Shown: positions 52,852 to 64,000 of the stretch, in pieces
Numbering within the stretch: position 1 is the first letter of the stretch
How the letters are laid out: every line of letters begins with the position of its first letter
Assembly: GCF_964204645.1 (NCBI RefSeq)
Contig: NC_134030.1
Coordinates: forward strand, 10,189,947 to 10,253,946
DNA from: Tubulanus polymorphus
Taxonomy: Eukaryota; Animalia; Nemertea
Length of the DNA: 64,000 nt
Direction: 5' to 3'
The notes under the pieces: model-generated
Database searches by the model: none
The model's input: only the letters and a program-made list of their open reading frames with translations
What the model was told of the DNA's origin: nothing
Made by a program: the position numbers and the translations under genes

Positions 52852-52892
52852 ATTCCTGAAGATGATATTAGGTTATAGTCGAAACATTGAAT
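52852..52892 (+). ncRNA. Minimal type-I hammerhead ribozyme motif (Penelope-type) with intact core boxes
   Basis: attc CTGAAGA tgatattaggttatagtc GAAA catt gaat: stem I is attc/gaat. An inverted partial copy lies at 52805-52830. Confidence 0.55.
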
Positions 52893-53512
52893 CAATAAGT
52901 TATTAGCTATACGGCAAATTTTCGGGCTTCATCCTTCCCGTTGGGATTCTCTCTTCATAAATGTAAGTGGATGTAGATATATAGTGAGGCAAGCATTTTC
53001 TTTCTTTTTTCGTTCTGGAAACCAGACACCCTCTCGACCGTCAAATACAAGTTATTTTTATTTCAACACACGCACTGAATCCCCCTCCCCCCCCCCCCCA
53101 TTAAAACAGGGGAGTCGTTTTATCAATCATGATTACATCGTTCAAAACTGATAAAAATATTTATGAAGAATGAGGATAGCACTGTATACATGATATTTAC
53201 CGAGACTTCGAAACATTGTCTCAATAACATTGATGATTGAATAAATTCTAGATTTTAGATACCTTTAAATCTGTATACAGTGGGTTTTTATCATATTATC
53301 ACGTGATACCTCTCGTTAAAACGATACCCGCTAATCATTATCAGAAGTTTCTTATCGGGTGGATTGTTGCGGATTTTCGAGGGCAATTCTTGGTCGGTTT
53401 CCAGACTAGGGCAATTTTGAAACGAAAATATCTGGCTAGTTTTTGGAAAACAAGAACGTACATATTGATTCGAAAACATTTCTATAAAACGAATCGAACT
53501 TGAAATTAATGA

Positions 53513-54190
53513 TTATTTATATGAATTTTTACAGCGAATATTCATACAGAAATATTCACGAATTTCCCGTCCCTGCAAAAGATATATGTAGAAATTTATC
53601 ACCTTATTACATAAAAGAACTGGGTGAAAATGCCAAATAGAAATTCCCTCTGTTCCGGTGAGACTGGTAAATATGTAGTAATAGTAATTGGAAGTGTGAA
53701 TTATGAAAATGCGAGTGAAACTGTTACAAGCATTATTATAATATGTTGTACGTTTTGATTTTCTAGTTTTCTGTTCAGACGAAACCATTTTCGAGCCCCT
53801 GAACAACTGATTTACTATTAACAGAATTTGATGTAATAATCAAAGATAAAGGTATAATGTTTATTTAGATTACGATTATCGTAAAATATGTTATTTGATC
53901 GATTAATTCGTGGTAACATTTCAAAAACCTGTCGGTAAAGTGTATCCGCAAAGTGGGTACAAGATTAAGAACCAGTACCCTCACCGCAGTTATTATCATC
54001 ATGGCGAATCTAGCGAATCTCGGTTTACATATCAAACGAGATGTGAACGGGAAGAGGACAACTGCCGCACGTTCTAGAGATATCGCTACTAATAACCACG
54101 AACTATTGCAGGCTGCAAGCGTCATTACGAATTCATATATTTGACAACTGATCAGTAAATTCATTATGAATATAGGACCGTCTTTAATGT
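53513..54190 (-). pseudogene. Rhodopsin-family (peptide-receptor-like) GPCR pseudogene, TM3 to TM7
   Basis: TM3 C...SSWLLVAISLERAAVVLFP, TM5-like IIPLSLIITSN, and TM7/H8 INFYIYLLQGREIR, separated by stops and frameshifts. TM1 and TM2 were not found. Confidence 0.75.
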
Positions 54191-57100
54191 GCAAGAGAAC
54201 AAACTGCAAAACAGGCATCAGTGTGTAACTGATGCAGCACGTGAAATCGCTGAGAGAGAGAGAGACATAACGACGAGTTAGTTAGCGTAAGACAGACTGC
54301 GGAATCTGCGGGGGACTTATCACTATCAGGAAAGCAGCTGGATTTCCGAACGCTCCGAACAGGAACACGATAGGCAGAATGACCAGTGACACAGTGCGGT
54401 AGCTTCCAGACTAGTTCACCACGGACATAAGAACCATGTAACTGCAATAAGTTCGACCAATCTGCATAAATCTGAGTAAAATTCATCATTTACGATTTGA
54501 AGACGGCGCACGACCTGAACTGTATATCAATAGAGTCACGCAAATTACAATCGATATACGCAATGATTTCTAATTTATTGAAGCAATTCATTGTTCGCAT
54601 CAAATCGAACAAGAAAATTAATTTTAGAAAATTATTTGACGCCTGATGTAGAATTTCTGGGCTAAGCTAATGTGGAATTGCAAATTTGAAATCGAAGTTT
54701 TAAGAAATTTGGGGAATGATGAGATTTGGCGATTGGGTAGATGATACAGGTCTTCGACTCTAGTAGTGGTTTAAATTTTTTTTATTGAAAATTCTCGATA
54801 ATTGATCGCGAACTTGCGACCGACTTCATTTACTTAGGCCTCTAAGCTGGTCTGCAACTTCATTGCCTCCATGGTTGAAGAAAGAGCTCTTCTGATGTCT
54901 GCTTCATCATGACTTCGAGCATATCGTGTGGCCTAGCCAGCCGGCCCGGTCCCCGGGCCCGGGCCACGGGTTTGGCTGTCACTCGATATCCTAGAGTCTT
55001 GAGTCTGGGTGGGTTGAAGTAGACATTGTCATTTAAAATAACATGCTTATGTTGTTCTGTATGAATTACCCGTGTGTCATGTATGTTGTATTAATTTATT
55101 TTAAAATTTGTATTTATTGAATTTGGGAATTTTATCCCGGAATTTCAATGTAATAAGGATCAATAAAGAATTGAATTAAATTGTCACCTAATATACATGC
55201 CATCAGAGGACGCGGAGCCGTGTATGACAGCTATGCTATTATAAATTGCTAATCTCACGAAACCTGCATACTCCTAATATCAAACATATTTTCTAAAACG
55301 TTTGAATATTGAAATTATATGTTTACACATTTCCATATTGACCACTTGTAGCCGCTGATGAAATTCACGCCGGCCCTACACACATCGTAGATAGCTTCGT
55401 CATTCTACCGGCATACCCACTTCAGGGTCTGACTTTTATATCAGACTTCCAAATCGTGTATACATCCGCCATTTAACCGAATAGTCCGATTTACTTATCA
55501 TTTCTATTTATGCCTGCCGCTTCTGATATAATCATACATCCTTTACTATTACAATACGTCTTCTAATGATATTCAATGCAATATAACATTTCGACGTTCA
55601 AATATAGGTCATTATATAATCACAGGAAGCCATTCTACATCTATGTCAATAATATTTTGCCAGATAGCTTGTTTGTGTACACATAGACCTGTGACGTTTT
55701 GCACATCGATTTACGGCTGTCGTTTGTAAAATGACGCTGAATGGTTAACATTGTTTAGGTTTCATAATGGTAACGTTTTATAAGGCGTCAAAAAATCAAT
55801 ACTCAGAAATCTAACACAATATACTCAGATTTTGTGAAAGTTTATCACCGTGTAAAATGTGAATGTAACTAGATTAAATATCAAAAGTCTTTGTACAACA
55901 ATGCATTGTAAATCGTGAAATATCTTACTGTAAAAAATCTGAACGGGTTCGGATATGTCTATCAGTTCAATACAAGGAAAAATCAGGAACAGAAACAGTT
56001 GTACTGTTGGTGGCCAGGTTTAATAAATGCTAGAGCAGGGGGAATAAACGTACTTTATTGTTCTTAATAGAAGAATTGTTTAACTTAAATATTTGTTCAA
56101 CGTTTCTTCTACGATTTGAGGACAAATACAATCGATTTAGAATCACTCATTAGTTAAGAAATTATTATCTTCCTAATTTCTGAATTGATATTCAAATCTA
56201 TCACCAGGCATAGAATTGATTGTTTTATTGATGGATTGGTTGGTTGCAGAAACTCTTGAAAGTGTGTTAGAATAAATGTTGATACCGAAATGACCGACGC
56301 CACGACAACGGGCAGGCCAGAGAGTTGAAAACTGGGCGCCGTAAAGAAAAAAACAGATCCGATAACAATTCAAATTCATCCTAAAATACAACATACTTTG
56401 AAGGCACATTGGTCCACCTAATCGTTCTAAATAATTCAAGGCGTACGCTACTTATTACTGCTGCGTTAACCTGGCCAGGGGGGGGGGGGGCAGGATAGAT
56501 AATCCCTCATAAGTAACCCATCGGAAACCTAATCACAATCGTTGAAAATTACATCCGCATCCAAGAAATGAAAATATCGTATAAAAGTATACGCCGAAAC
56601 CAGGCGAATAATAAAGTAGGAAGCGAAGGGAGAATAATAAAGTAACCCCCAAGCAGCTGACCGAAGCCACGAAGACGGATATTAAGAGGCCTGCAGCAAG
56701 CGAGTTGCAGATAGGACGCAATAAAAAAAAGGCAAGCCCACTTTTGTCAAACATCACGCTTCAACTGTACCAATAGTGTTTTAAAGGTAAAAGGTTGAAT
56801 TTATAGTGTCTATGTCTATATACGTATGTTTATGTAAATTTCTAGTATGTATATTTACAAATGTCTTGAATTGTAATTTTGTAATTTCTTTCTGTGTTTT
56901 AAGCAAATGTCTAGTGGCTAAATGACTAGTTGGCTGGTTGACTGGGCGACTGGGTAGGTGGACGACTGGATGACTGGGTGGCTGGTTGACGAGCTCAGAC
57001 CACTATTCCAAAATCTTCTATATCCTATAGTAAAAACAAGAAATTCGAGAGTTTAGTTCATATGTAAGCGCGTAAATTCAGGGGAAATCCTGCTTATGGC

Positions 57101-57479
57101 TCATAGGCCAGCATCTTAGCTACGCATTGAAGTGGTTTTCGCCCCACATACCCAACCTAACTTTTGAAATAATCAAACCTTTAGAAAGGAGGGGTATCCC
57201 AGTACAGGTATGCCAGTACATCCGAGCCAAATATCTAAGGGAATCCCCCACCGTGTTTGGTACCCTTACTCCAAGCAAAAAAAGTCCAGGGAATCCCTTA
57301 TTTCATCATCAAGCTGTCTCTCAGGATCAATGGATTTCATACATATAACCGAAATTCGTTACCTATCCCATTTGCAGAAATTATGGCAACATTTATAGGG
57401 GACCTCTTCTTCACTCTAGGTACTATTTTTGGGGTCCGGCCCTACGCATCTTCGAGCTACTAACCTAATTGTGGTCTGA

Positions 57480-57760
57480 TGCCTGACTAGGTGACTGGGT
57501 GGGTGAACGACTGGGTAACTGGATGACTTGGTAACTGGATGACTGGCCGATTGAACGACTGCTCGATTGAATGACTGGTCGACTGGATGACTTAGTGACT
57601 AGTTGACTGGTTGACCGGATGACCTAAAATTAGTAACTAGTTAACTGTTTGACAGGATGATTGGATGGATGACTGAGCGACTGGATGTGTTAGTGACTGA
57701 ATGACCGGACGACTAGATGACTGGATGACTCGACGACTGTATGATTAGACATGACTAGTT
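57480..57760. repeat. Degenerate (TGACTGG-A/G/T)n minisatellite, also present at about 56920-56990
   Basis: Recurrent gactgg/gatgact units. Confidence 0.8.
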
Positions 57761-57769
57761 CAATAGGTG

Positions 57770-58295
57770 AAGTAGTAATGGTGGTTACCGTGGAGATGGT
57801 GGAGAGGATAATGATGGTGATGGGGATGGTGGTGGAGATAATCTTGATGGTGATGATGAGAGTCTTGAAGATGGTGATGGTGGCGACGGTGCAGATGGGG
57901 ATTGTAGCCATGATGGAGACATGGCGGAGATTGTGATGCAGGAGAATGTAACGGTGATGATGATGATCAATGGTGGTGATTGTGATGCTGGTAATGATGT
58001 GCTAAAGAATTTGATGATGGAGAAGCTTGTAGTGGAGATGATGATGGTGATGATGATTGTGGTGATAGTAATGGTGGGGAAGGTTGTGGTGGAGATGGTG
58101 GTGGTGATGGTGGTGATAGTGATGCTGGAGAAAGTGATGGCAGTGATGATGATGATGGTGGTGATAGTGATGCTGGGGAAGATTATGGTGGAGATGGTGG
58201 TGATAGTGATGCTGAAGAAGGTGTTGATGATGATGGTGGAGATGTCGGAGATGGTGATGATGATGGTGATAGTGGTGATTGTAATGCTGATGTTC
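57770..58295. repeat. Low-complexity (TGA/TGG)n trinucleotide tract
   Basis: gatggtgatgatggtg.. degenerate array; it gives spurious M/V- and I/T-rich ORFs. Confidence 0.9.
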
Positions 58296-58574
58296 ACCAA
58301 GTCGACCAGTTCACCATGTCGCCTGTGTACAGCCGGTGAGTCTTATCGCGTCAAAATGAAGAAACAAATCGCTACCAACGTATGGAATATGTTTCCAGAT
58401 CCTTCCACTACTACTCCGTATTATAAAAGGCCCTGACTTCATTCCCAAAGTACACAATCAACAGGTTACAGACGCTCAAATGCTTTTCTACACGGGTAAG
58501 ACCAGGGGAATACTAGAGCGATGTGCACTACGTCATCGATATATCAATGCTAGACTAGTTGCCGGTCAATTCAA

Positions 58575-58925
58575 TAAACCATTTTGCAGTTGTTAGCCGC
58601 CATTTTGTTAGTGTACTTTTGTCCTGTATTGTTGGGCCATTTTTTTCTCTTTTTTAAAAACTATCCGTGATGCGTATCATATTTCATCTGTCCCTGGATG
58701 GATTTTGACGGTTTCAGCAACATTCAAACCGTGTGAATCTCTAGTTTTGAGTTATGTAAAAATCATTTCTAATATTTGCATGGGAGCGATATATAAATCG
58801 GTGGTCAGTTTTTGCCGTGCGCATACAAATCCAGGATACTGAACTTTGAAGTTCGTTATTAAGTATTATTATCCATACGGATAAAAATAGAAAAAAAATG
58901 ACCCAACAATACAGGACAAAAGTAC
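58575..58925. mobile_element. MITE-like element with inverted repeats of about 35 bp (gtacttttgtcctgtattgttggg..); related inverted copy in SLC34-B intron 5 (about 36180-36480)
   Basis: 58613-58650 is inverted relative to 58889-58925. The sequence acaggacaaaagta..aacaaaatggcggcta at 36418-36450 matches its reverse complement. Confidence 0.7.
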
Positions 58926-59831
58926 TGTAGCGGTTGTAGTGTAAACATATAAAAATAGTAATTCAGGTAGTGACTGCTGTTGTCCATAGGTAGCGTAGTC
59001 GTAGTCACTCTGCTGTGCCGGGGCGCTCGCTACACGGGTCCGCCTGGGTCGACCGCACTCGGGTAGTGAATACGGCAAGGAGACTCTTGTCTTCCCCAGG
59101 AAAGTAAATGATATAAAATATGTAGAATCGGTTCCTCTATTAAAAAATGTCGCTAAAAAGGGCGCTTAAGCAGTACGCTCTCCTCCAAACAGTCGCCTCC
59201 CTACTCCACGTAGCCTTAATCTGTGTGGCCAATACAGACCCCCCAACCCGCTCTCCTCAGAGTAATCCGCTTTAGGGGCTTTCCTCGGACGAAACTCGCA
59301 GTGTTGATTACTCGGCGGATATGGCTACCCCCATTCCAAGTGCCCTCTCGCACATAGCTGTCCCCCGTCATCTCAGGAGCTAATTGCGACTCATGCCAGA
59401 TCTGTCAAACTAGTCGTATGCATAAGTGTTGTCCGTAGCGACGGTCAATAGGGGAACGATCCTCACGTAGAACTAAATGGGTTCGATGCAGCAGGAAAAC
59501 AAACAGAAATCCTCGTCCTTCCCTCCAGTGCCGGCGAATCAAATAAACGCAAGATTCGAAGTTTGATTGGAATGTAGTACGAATTATTAAATATATATAT
59601 TTTCTTATAATACAAAGTTCATCGTTCTTGATGCCAAGGGGACATCATGTCCACACGCAAAACACCTTGATTATTTACATTTCGATATATAAAAAGAATG
59701 TGCCCTTCATGGCTTGCAAAACCTTGGTACAGTCAATGTACGGTAGCATACAAAGGAGACGACCGAACGTCAAATAGAAGCGGTGGCGCGGCGGACTCCG
59801 GTGTGTATCTAATATAACTTAGGTCTCAGTA

Positions 59832-60212
59832 AACGAGCGTCGAAGCTAATCAACGATTAAGATGTTAACGACGGAGCGTCAAGTAGTTAACGACGAGCGT
59901 TGTCGTTAATCAACGATAAGAATTATACGACGGAGCGTCAAATAGTTAACGACGAGCGTTGTCGTTAATCAACGATAAGAATTATACGACGGAGCGTCAA
60001 ATAGTTAACGACGAGCGTTGTCTTCAATCAACGATAAGAATTATACGACGGAGCGTCAAATAGTTAACGACGAGCGTGGTCGTTAATCAACGATAAGAAT
60101 TATACGACGGAGCGTCAAATAGTTAACGACGAGCGTTGTCTTCAATCAACGATAAGAATTATACGACGGAGCGTCAAATAGTTAACGACGAGCGTTGTCG
60201 TTAATCAACGAC
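59832..60212. repeat. 59-bp tandem minisatellite, about 6.5 copies
   Basis: Unit: gttaatcaacgataagaattatacgacggagcgtcaaatagttaacgacgagcgttgtc. Confidence 0.95.
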
Positions 60213-63200
60213 TGCGTGCCAAATTCAAAATGTCGGTGACGCGAACTCAAAGAGTCGAAATTCAGAGGCGACGTCAAGAAGATGAAACGACCGCGCGTTC
60301 GTTCGAAAAAGGAGTTACTGAATACAGGTGATTTTCATGGTCAGCAGAAACGACATCTCGGAGTAAAATTACGGAAATAGCACAGAAGATATAGGCCTAC
60401 CATACTATTATTATTACTATTACTAATTACAGCGACGAGAACGTTAAGTCGGCATCGTCAGAGGATTGAATTTAAACAGACGATGAACTGACGGAGAATT
60501 TACAATATTTACAGGATTGTAAGTGACGAGTTTATCGGCAGCCCATGGCCGACGACTACACGACCCCCGGGTGCGTCGGCACTCGGGACTCACTGAGGGC
60601 GGGATGTCAAAAACCACTGCAGCGATCCCGGGGTCAGACGACCCGGAGGCCCGTGTCTTAATTAGAGAGTAAAATTGTCTTCTTACATGATCTGTACGAT
60701 TTACAGCGTCCGATTCGTAAAACGGTGAAGAGGCAACAAGAAGAGTTTCTAATGTGGCTCTGCCAGAGCCAAGTTGCCAATGAGCGCGATTGCGCCAAAT
60801 TTATAGTTTTCATGCGGTCAACGCACGCGGTGATTGGTCAAGCGTGACGAGCAGTGATACGATCCGCGGACAAAGTAGAGCACGCGAAATCATTCGACCG
60901 TGACGAATGATAAAACCCTAAATAAAGACTTCATACGCGAGAAATAGAATTAAGTTCTATAATATTTTAAGATTAACGCGAAAAATGACGACTATCACAC
61001 TAAAATCGCTAATGTCACCGCGATGTGGCGTGGCCAACACCGCGGGGGCCTGCCCAGGTCGTGAAATTGGAATCTGACAGGACTGCCAAAAATCTGTCAG
61101 ATTGAAATTGAGCCGAAAAGATCCCGAAACATCGCCGCAGAACACCCAGCCCCGTCCCGGAATACGTACATCTAAAAAGAAACAATGAGAAAAGAACGGC
61201 TTAAGGCCATTCCGAAATACATAATATAATTTCACCAAAGACCGACATTTTGTGGTCAAACCCATCCCAGATATTGACAATTTTCGCCACAAAACCCTAA
61301 CAAAATGGTGGCTTGCAACTGTAAAATGGTTTATTGTCTTTCTTAGTTATCTATAGCGAAATCGTCATGAAAACCTACCAACAACCACAACATCAAGGTA
61401 TCTAGTATTCACCGGAGCACTCATCGCGAAACAAAAATACTGTCCCGCGTCGGCAGCGACCAAACCTTAGCGGAACAACAAGAAATTATGAATTGAGCTA
61501 TTTAAATAAACCTCACCATAAAACAAGTAAGAAAAAAGATAGAAATAGCGATTATAAGTTAATATAAGTACCATCTATTGTTAGGGCTGAACCATTAAAA
61601 GCGAATCTCGTAACACCAGAGAGCTCGGCAACTAACGAACCTGATTTTACAATCCACAGTTTCGTATCACCGTTAGTCAACTTCTTCCAACCGAGGTTGC
61701 TGGGGCTAATAGTCTAATGTGAGTGAGGAGAAATGATATCATATTGTATTGATATTGATATTGTATTGAATTGACATTCATGTTGTATTGTCTTTTTGCT
61801 CTAAGCAAATGTACTTTTGTGAGCAATAAAACATTCTATTCTATTCTATATCAAAATGCAGTTCACAAATGAATCTAGGTATTTAGTTTAAGCTTACCTT
61901 GTAGGAAAAGTCAGCCAAAAACTACCAGAATGTTAATAGTTTGTTCCATCCTGCTCGCGTTTCACATTCTGGTTGTTTTCTTCATAGACCTCTCTAAATA
62001 TCCAATTCAATACGACATCACGGGGTATTTTAGCCACCTTTTTGATAATCGCATTGGGCAAGAATAATCAACGCAATATGACAACGATGAAAAAATTGGA
62101 TATTTCTAAGATAGTTGGCAAGCTTCCATGTTTGCGCTCGTAGTGTTGTAAGGATGCATGCCCGGTTGTGAACAACCACAATTAATTAGCCTATCAAAAA
62201 CAATGATATTATCAATTATAGTTTTTGCGATGTTCAACTTGAATCCTGATCAAGAGATGGTAAACATATTTAGCTAATTATAGAGCAAAACGATAAACTG
62301 CCACATAAAACTTTCTAATAGTGGAATAAATACACCGGAAATGGGCATTCATTTGATCTCCGACGATTACAGCGTGTTTGAATCTCAATATTAAGTACGG
62401 CCTACAGCACCGGGTTATCGCGAAAAAGATATTGTGTAAATGATTCGCTGTATTTTACGTATGCATGGATTATGGAAATGTAAATACTCAAATGTATAAC
62501 ACTTCATTAATTTTTCTAAAATATTTATCACTGCGCTAGCGATTTTAAGAAAAATACTTTGTAATAAATCAATGACATTGTCGGGACATTTTCCAGAACG
62601 GTCGTCGTGCGTTCACGTGGTGGACGGGTTCTCAATTGATTCGGGAAAATCCCGAAAAATCTGAATTAGAATTAGATTTCCTTACGTAAATAATTTCGAA
62701 CATTCGATTACGCACCGACGAAAATAGATTCAATTCAATAAACCGTCGACAATTCAATTCGTAATTCGAAAAACAGCTTTATTCATGTCTGAAGATAAAG
62801 CAACGCGTGATTATTGTCATTATCACCGATAAATTATTGCATATTCACGTAGCGCCTTAAACGTGTTCTGGTTTGAAATTGTGTAACTTATTTCACCTGG
62901 AAGAATGAATTCCTTTATTTGCAATGATGTCGATTTTCTGTAAAAGTATATGAGATTTGCAAGAATCGATAGTAACTGATAACTTATCAAAATAATTCTT
63001 TGTGGTCCACATTAATACTGCACCCTGAGTGCTGATGGGTGTAGTATAAGTGTGAACCACGAAGAATAATTATTAGTTACTATCATGTTTTTGCATATTC
63101 GAAATATGTATTCCCTGAATTCATTTGGAAGTTAAAGTTATCTTAAATAGGGGTTGTCCCTGTTATTTATTTGGTTGGTAAATTTCGTTTGATTTTTTGA

Positions 63201-63683
63201 TCGAGTTCTCTCTTACATACCCACCACACCTGCCGGGAGCCTACAGGTGGTTTGATTTCGAAATCCGAAATCGAAGTACAGATATAGTTGTGTGATTTGC
63301 AGTTGAGTTTTGCAGAATGTTTTGTTTCAAATCGAAGTATATAATTGGGAAATTCGGTTCCGGTTTATTCAAACAATCTTCCATTCAGTCTGAACCGGCA
63401 AGCGACTTAAAGGGTGAATTTTCTTGGCTGCCTAATCTAATGCGGTTATTACACATAAACGTAGTCTAAAACGCATACACGCGTTGTGGGGGATAATACC
63501 AAATAATCTTTCGCACAACCGGAGATTGAGGCAAAAACAACTAAATCTGTGTAGATAGAAAGAAACAATGGCGGATCCAATTCGATTCAGTCGGTATCAT
63601 TTGCAAAAGTCACAAACCCAGAATCAAATAGTTGAACAGAATCAAAAAGGTTATTTAATGCTGTACTCATCTTTCAAGTGTTA

Positions 63684-63815
63684 CTTCTCCCCAGGGAGAG
63701 ATGACTGATATACGAAAAGAGTTGGTTGGGGTAATTATACCAAGTTTGGAGCCCATTTGAACTTGACTCTAGTTTGGATACCTGCGCTATATAAATGCCA
63801 ATTATTGTTGTTATT
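63684..63815 (+). mobile_element. 3' fragment of the SINE at 13107
   Basis: cttctcccc..gatgactg..ggggtaat..taccaa..ggagc.catttgaact..gactct..ggatacctgcgctata is shared with 13277-13400. Confidence 0.75.
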
Positions 63816-64000
63816 TGAAAAATGTATCAGAAAATTGCGAATTTTCTGTTGACAATATTGAAACCATTTTCAATGAGTGACGTCACGAAGCAGTTCATGC
63901 CAAGAACTCGCATCCGGGCATCGCCGGTGATTTTTTTTTAAATCTTGAAATATGGATTGGCTCTGTTATTCATTTGATTGGTAGATTTCGTTTGAGTTGG

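Noticed and set aside
57690-58436. Met/Val- and Ile/Thr-rich ORFs
   Set aside because: They come from a low-complexity trinucleotide repeat.
59832-60212. CRISPR-like appearance (regular palindromic repeats)
   Set aside because: There are no unique spacers, whole units repeat, no cas genes are present, and the context is eukaryotic.
60548-60580. gccgacg/cgtcggc stem as an HDV-like ribozyme P1
   Set aside because: It lacks room for P2, the UCCUCG-type L3, and the GG junction.
61897-62190. Possible minus-strand exon ending at donor AAG|GTAAGC
   Set aside because: The frame contains stops and no recognisable homology; it cannot be supported without transcripts.

Overview
AT-rich animal genomic DNA, probably from an invertebrate (lophotrochozoan-like; inferred from gene and repeat families). 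Four gene units are visible. (1) An inhibitor-of-apoptosis gene on the minus strand with a single coding exon (BIR-BIR-UBA-RING), with several NF-kB consensus sites around its 5' region. (2) A small plus-strand gene carrying the 'SRSGRFK' motif of the vertebrate PRR15/PRR15L family. (3) A tandem array of three intact seven-coding-exon SLC34 (NaPi-II, Na+/phosphate cotransporter) genes on the minus strand, about 10 kb apart, plus a decayed fourth 5' fragment. The copies are mosaics with sharply bounded near-identical tracts, and the third copy has a clean 30-aa deletion of the glycosylated extracellular loop with a shifted disulfide cysteine. (4) A decayed rhodopsin-type GPCR. The remainder is dense in repeats: RTE-X-like LINE relics, tRNA-derived SINEs, several MITE families (some nested), Penelope-type minimal hammerhead ribozyme relics, micro- and minisatellites, and a perfect 230-bp fold-back at the start of the window. 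There is no CRISPR array, rRNA or intact tRNA. Exon coordinates were derived by hand from GT-AG boundaries and reading-frame continuity.
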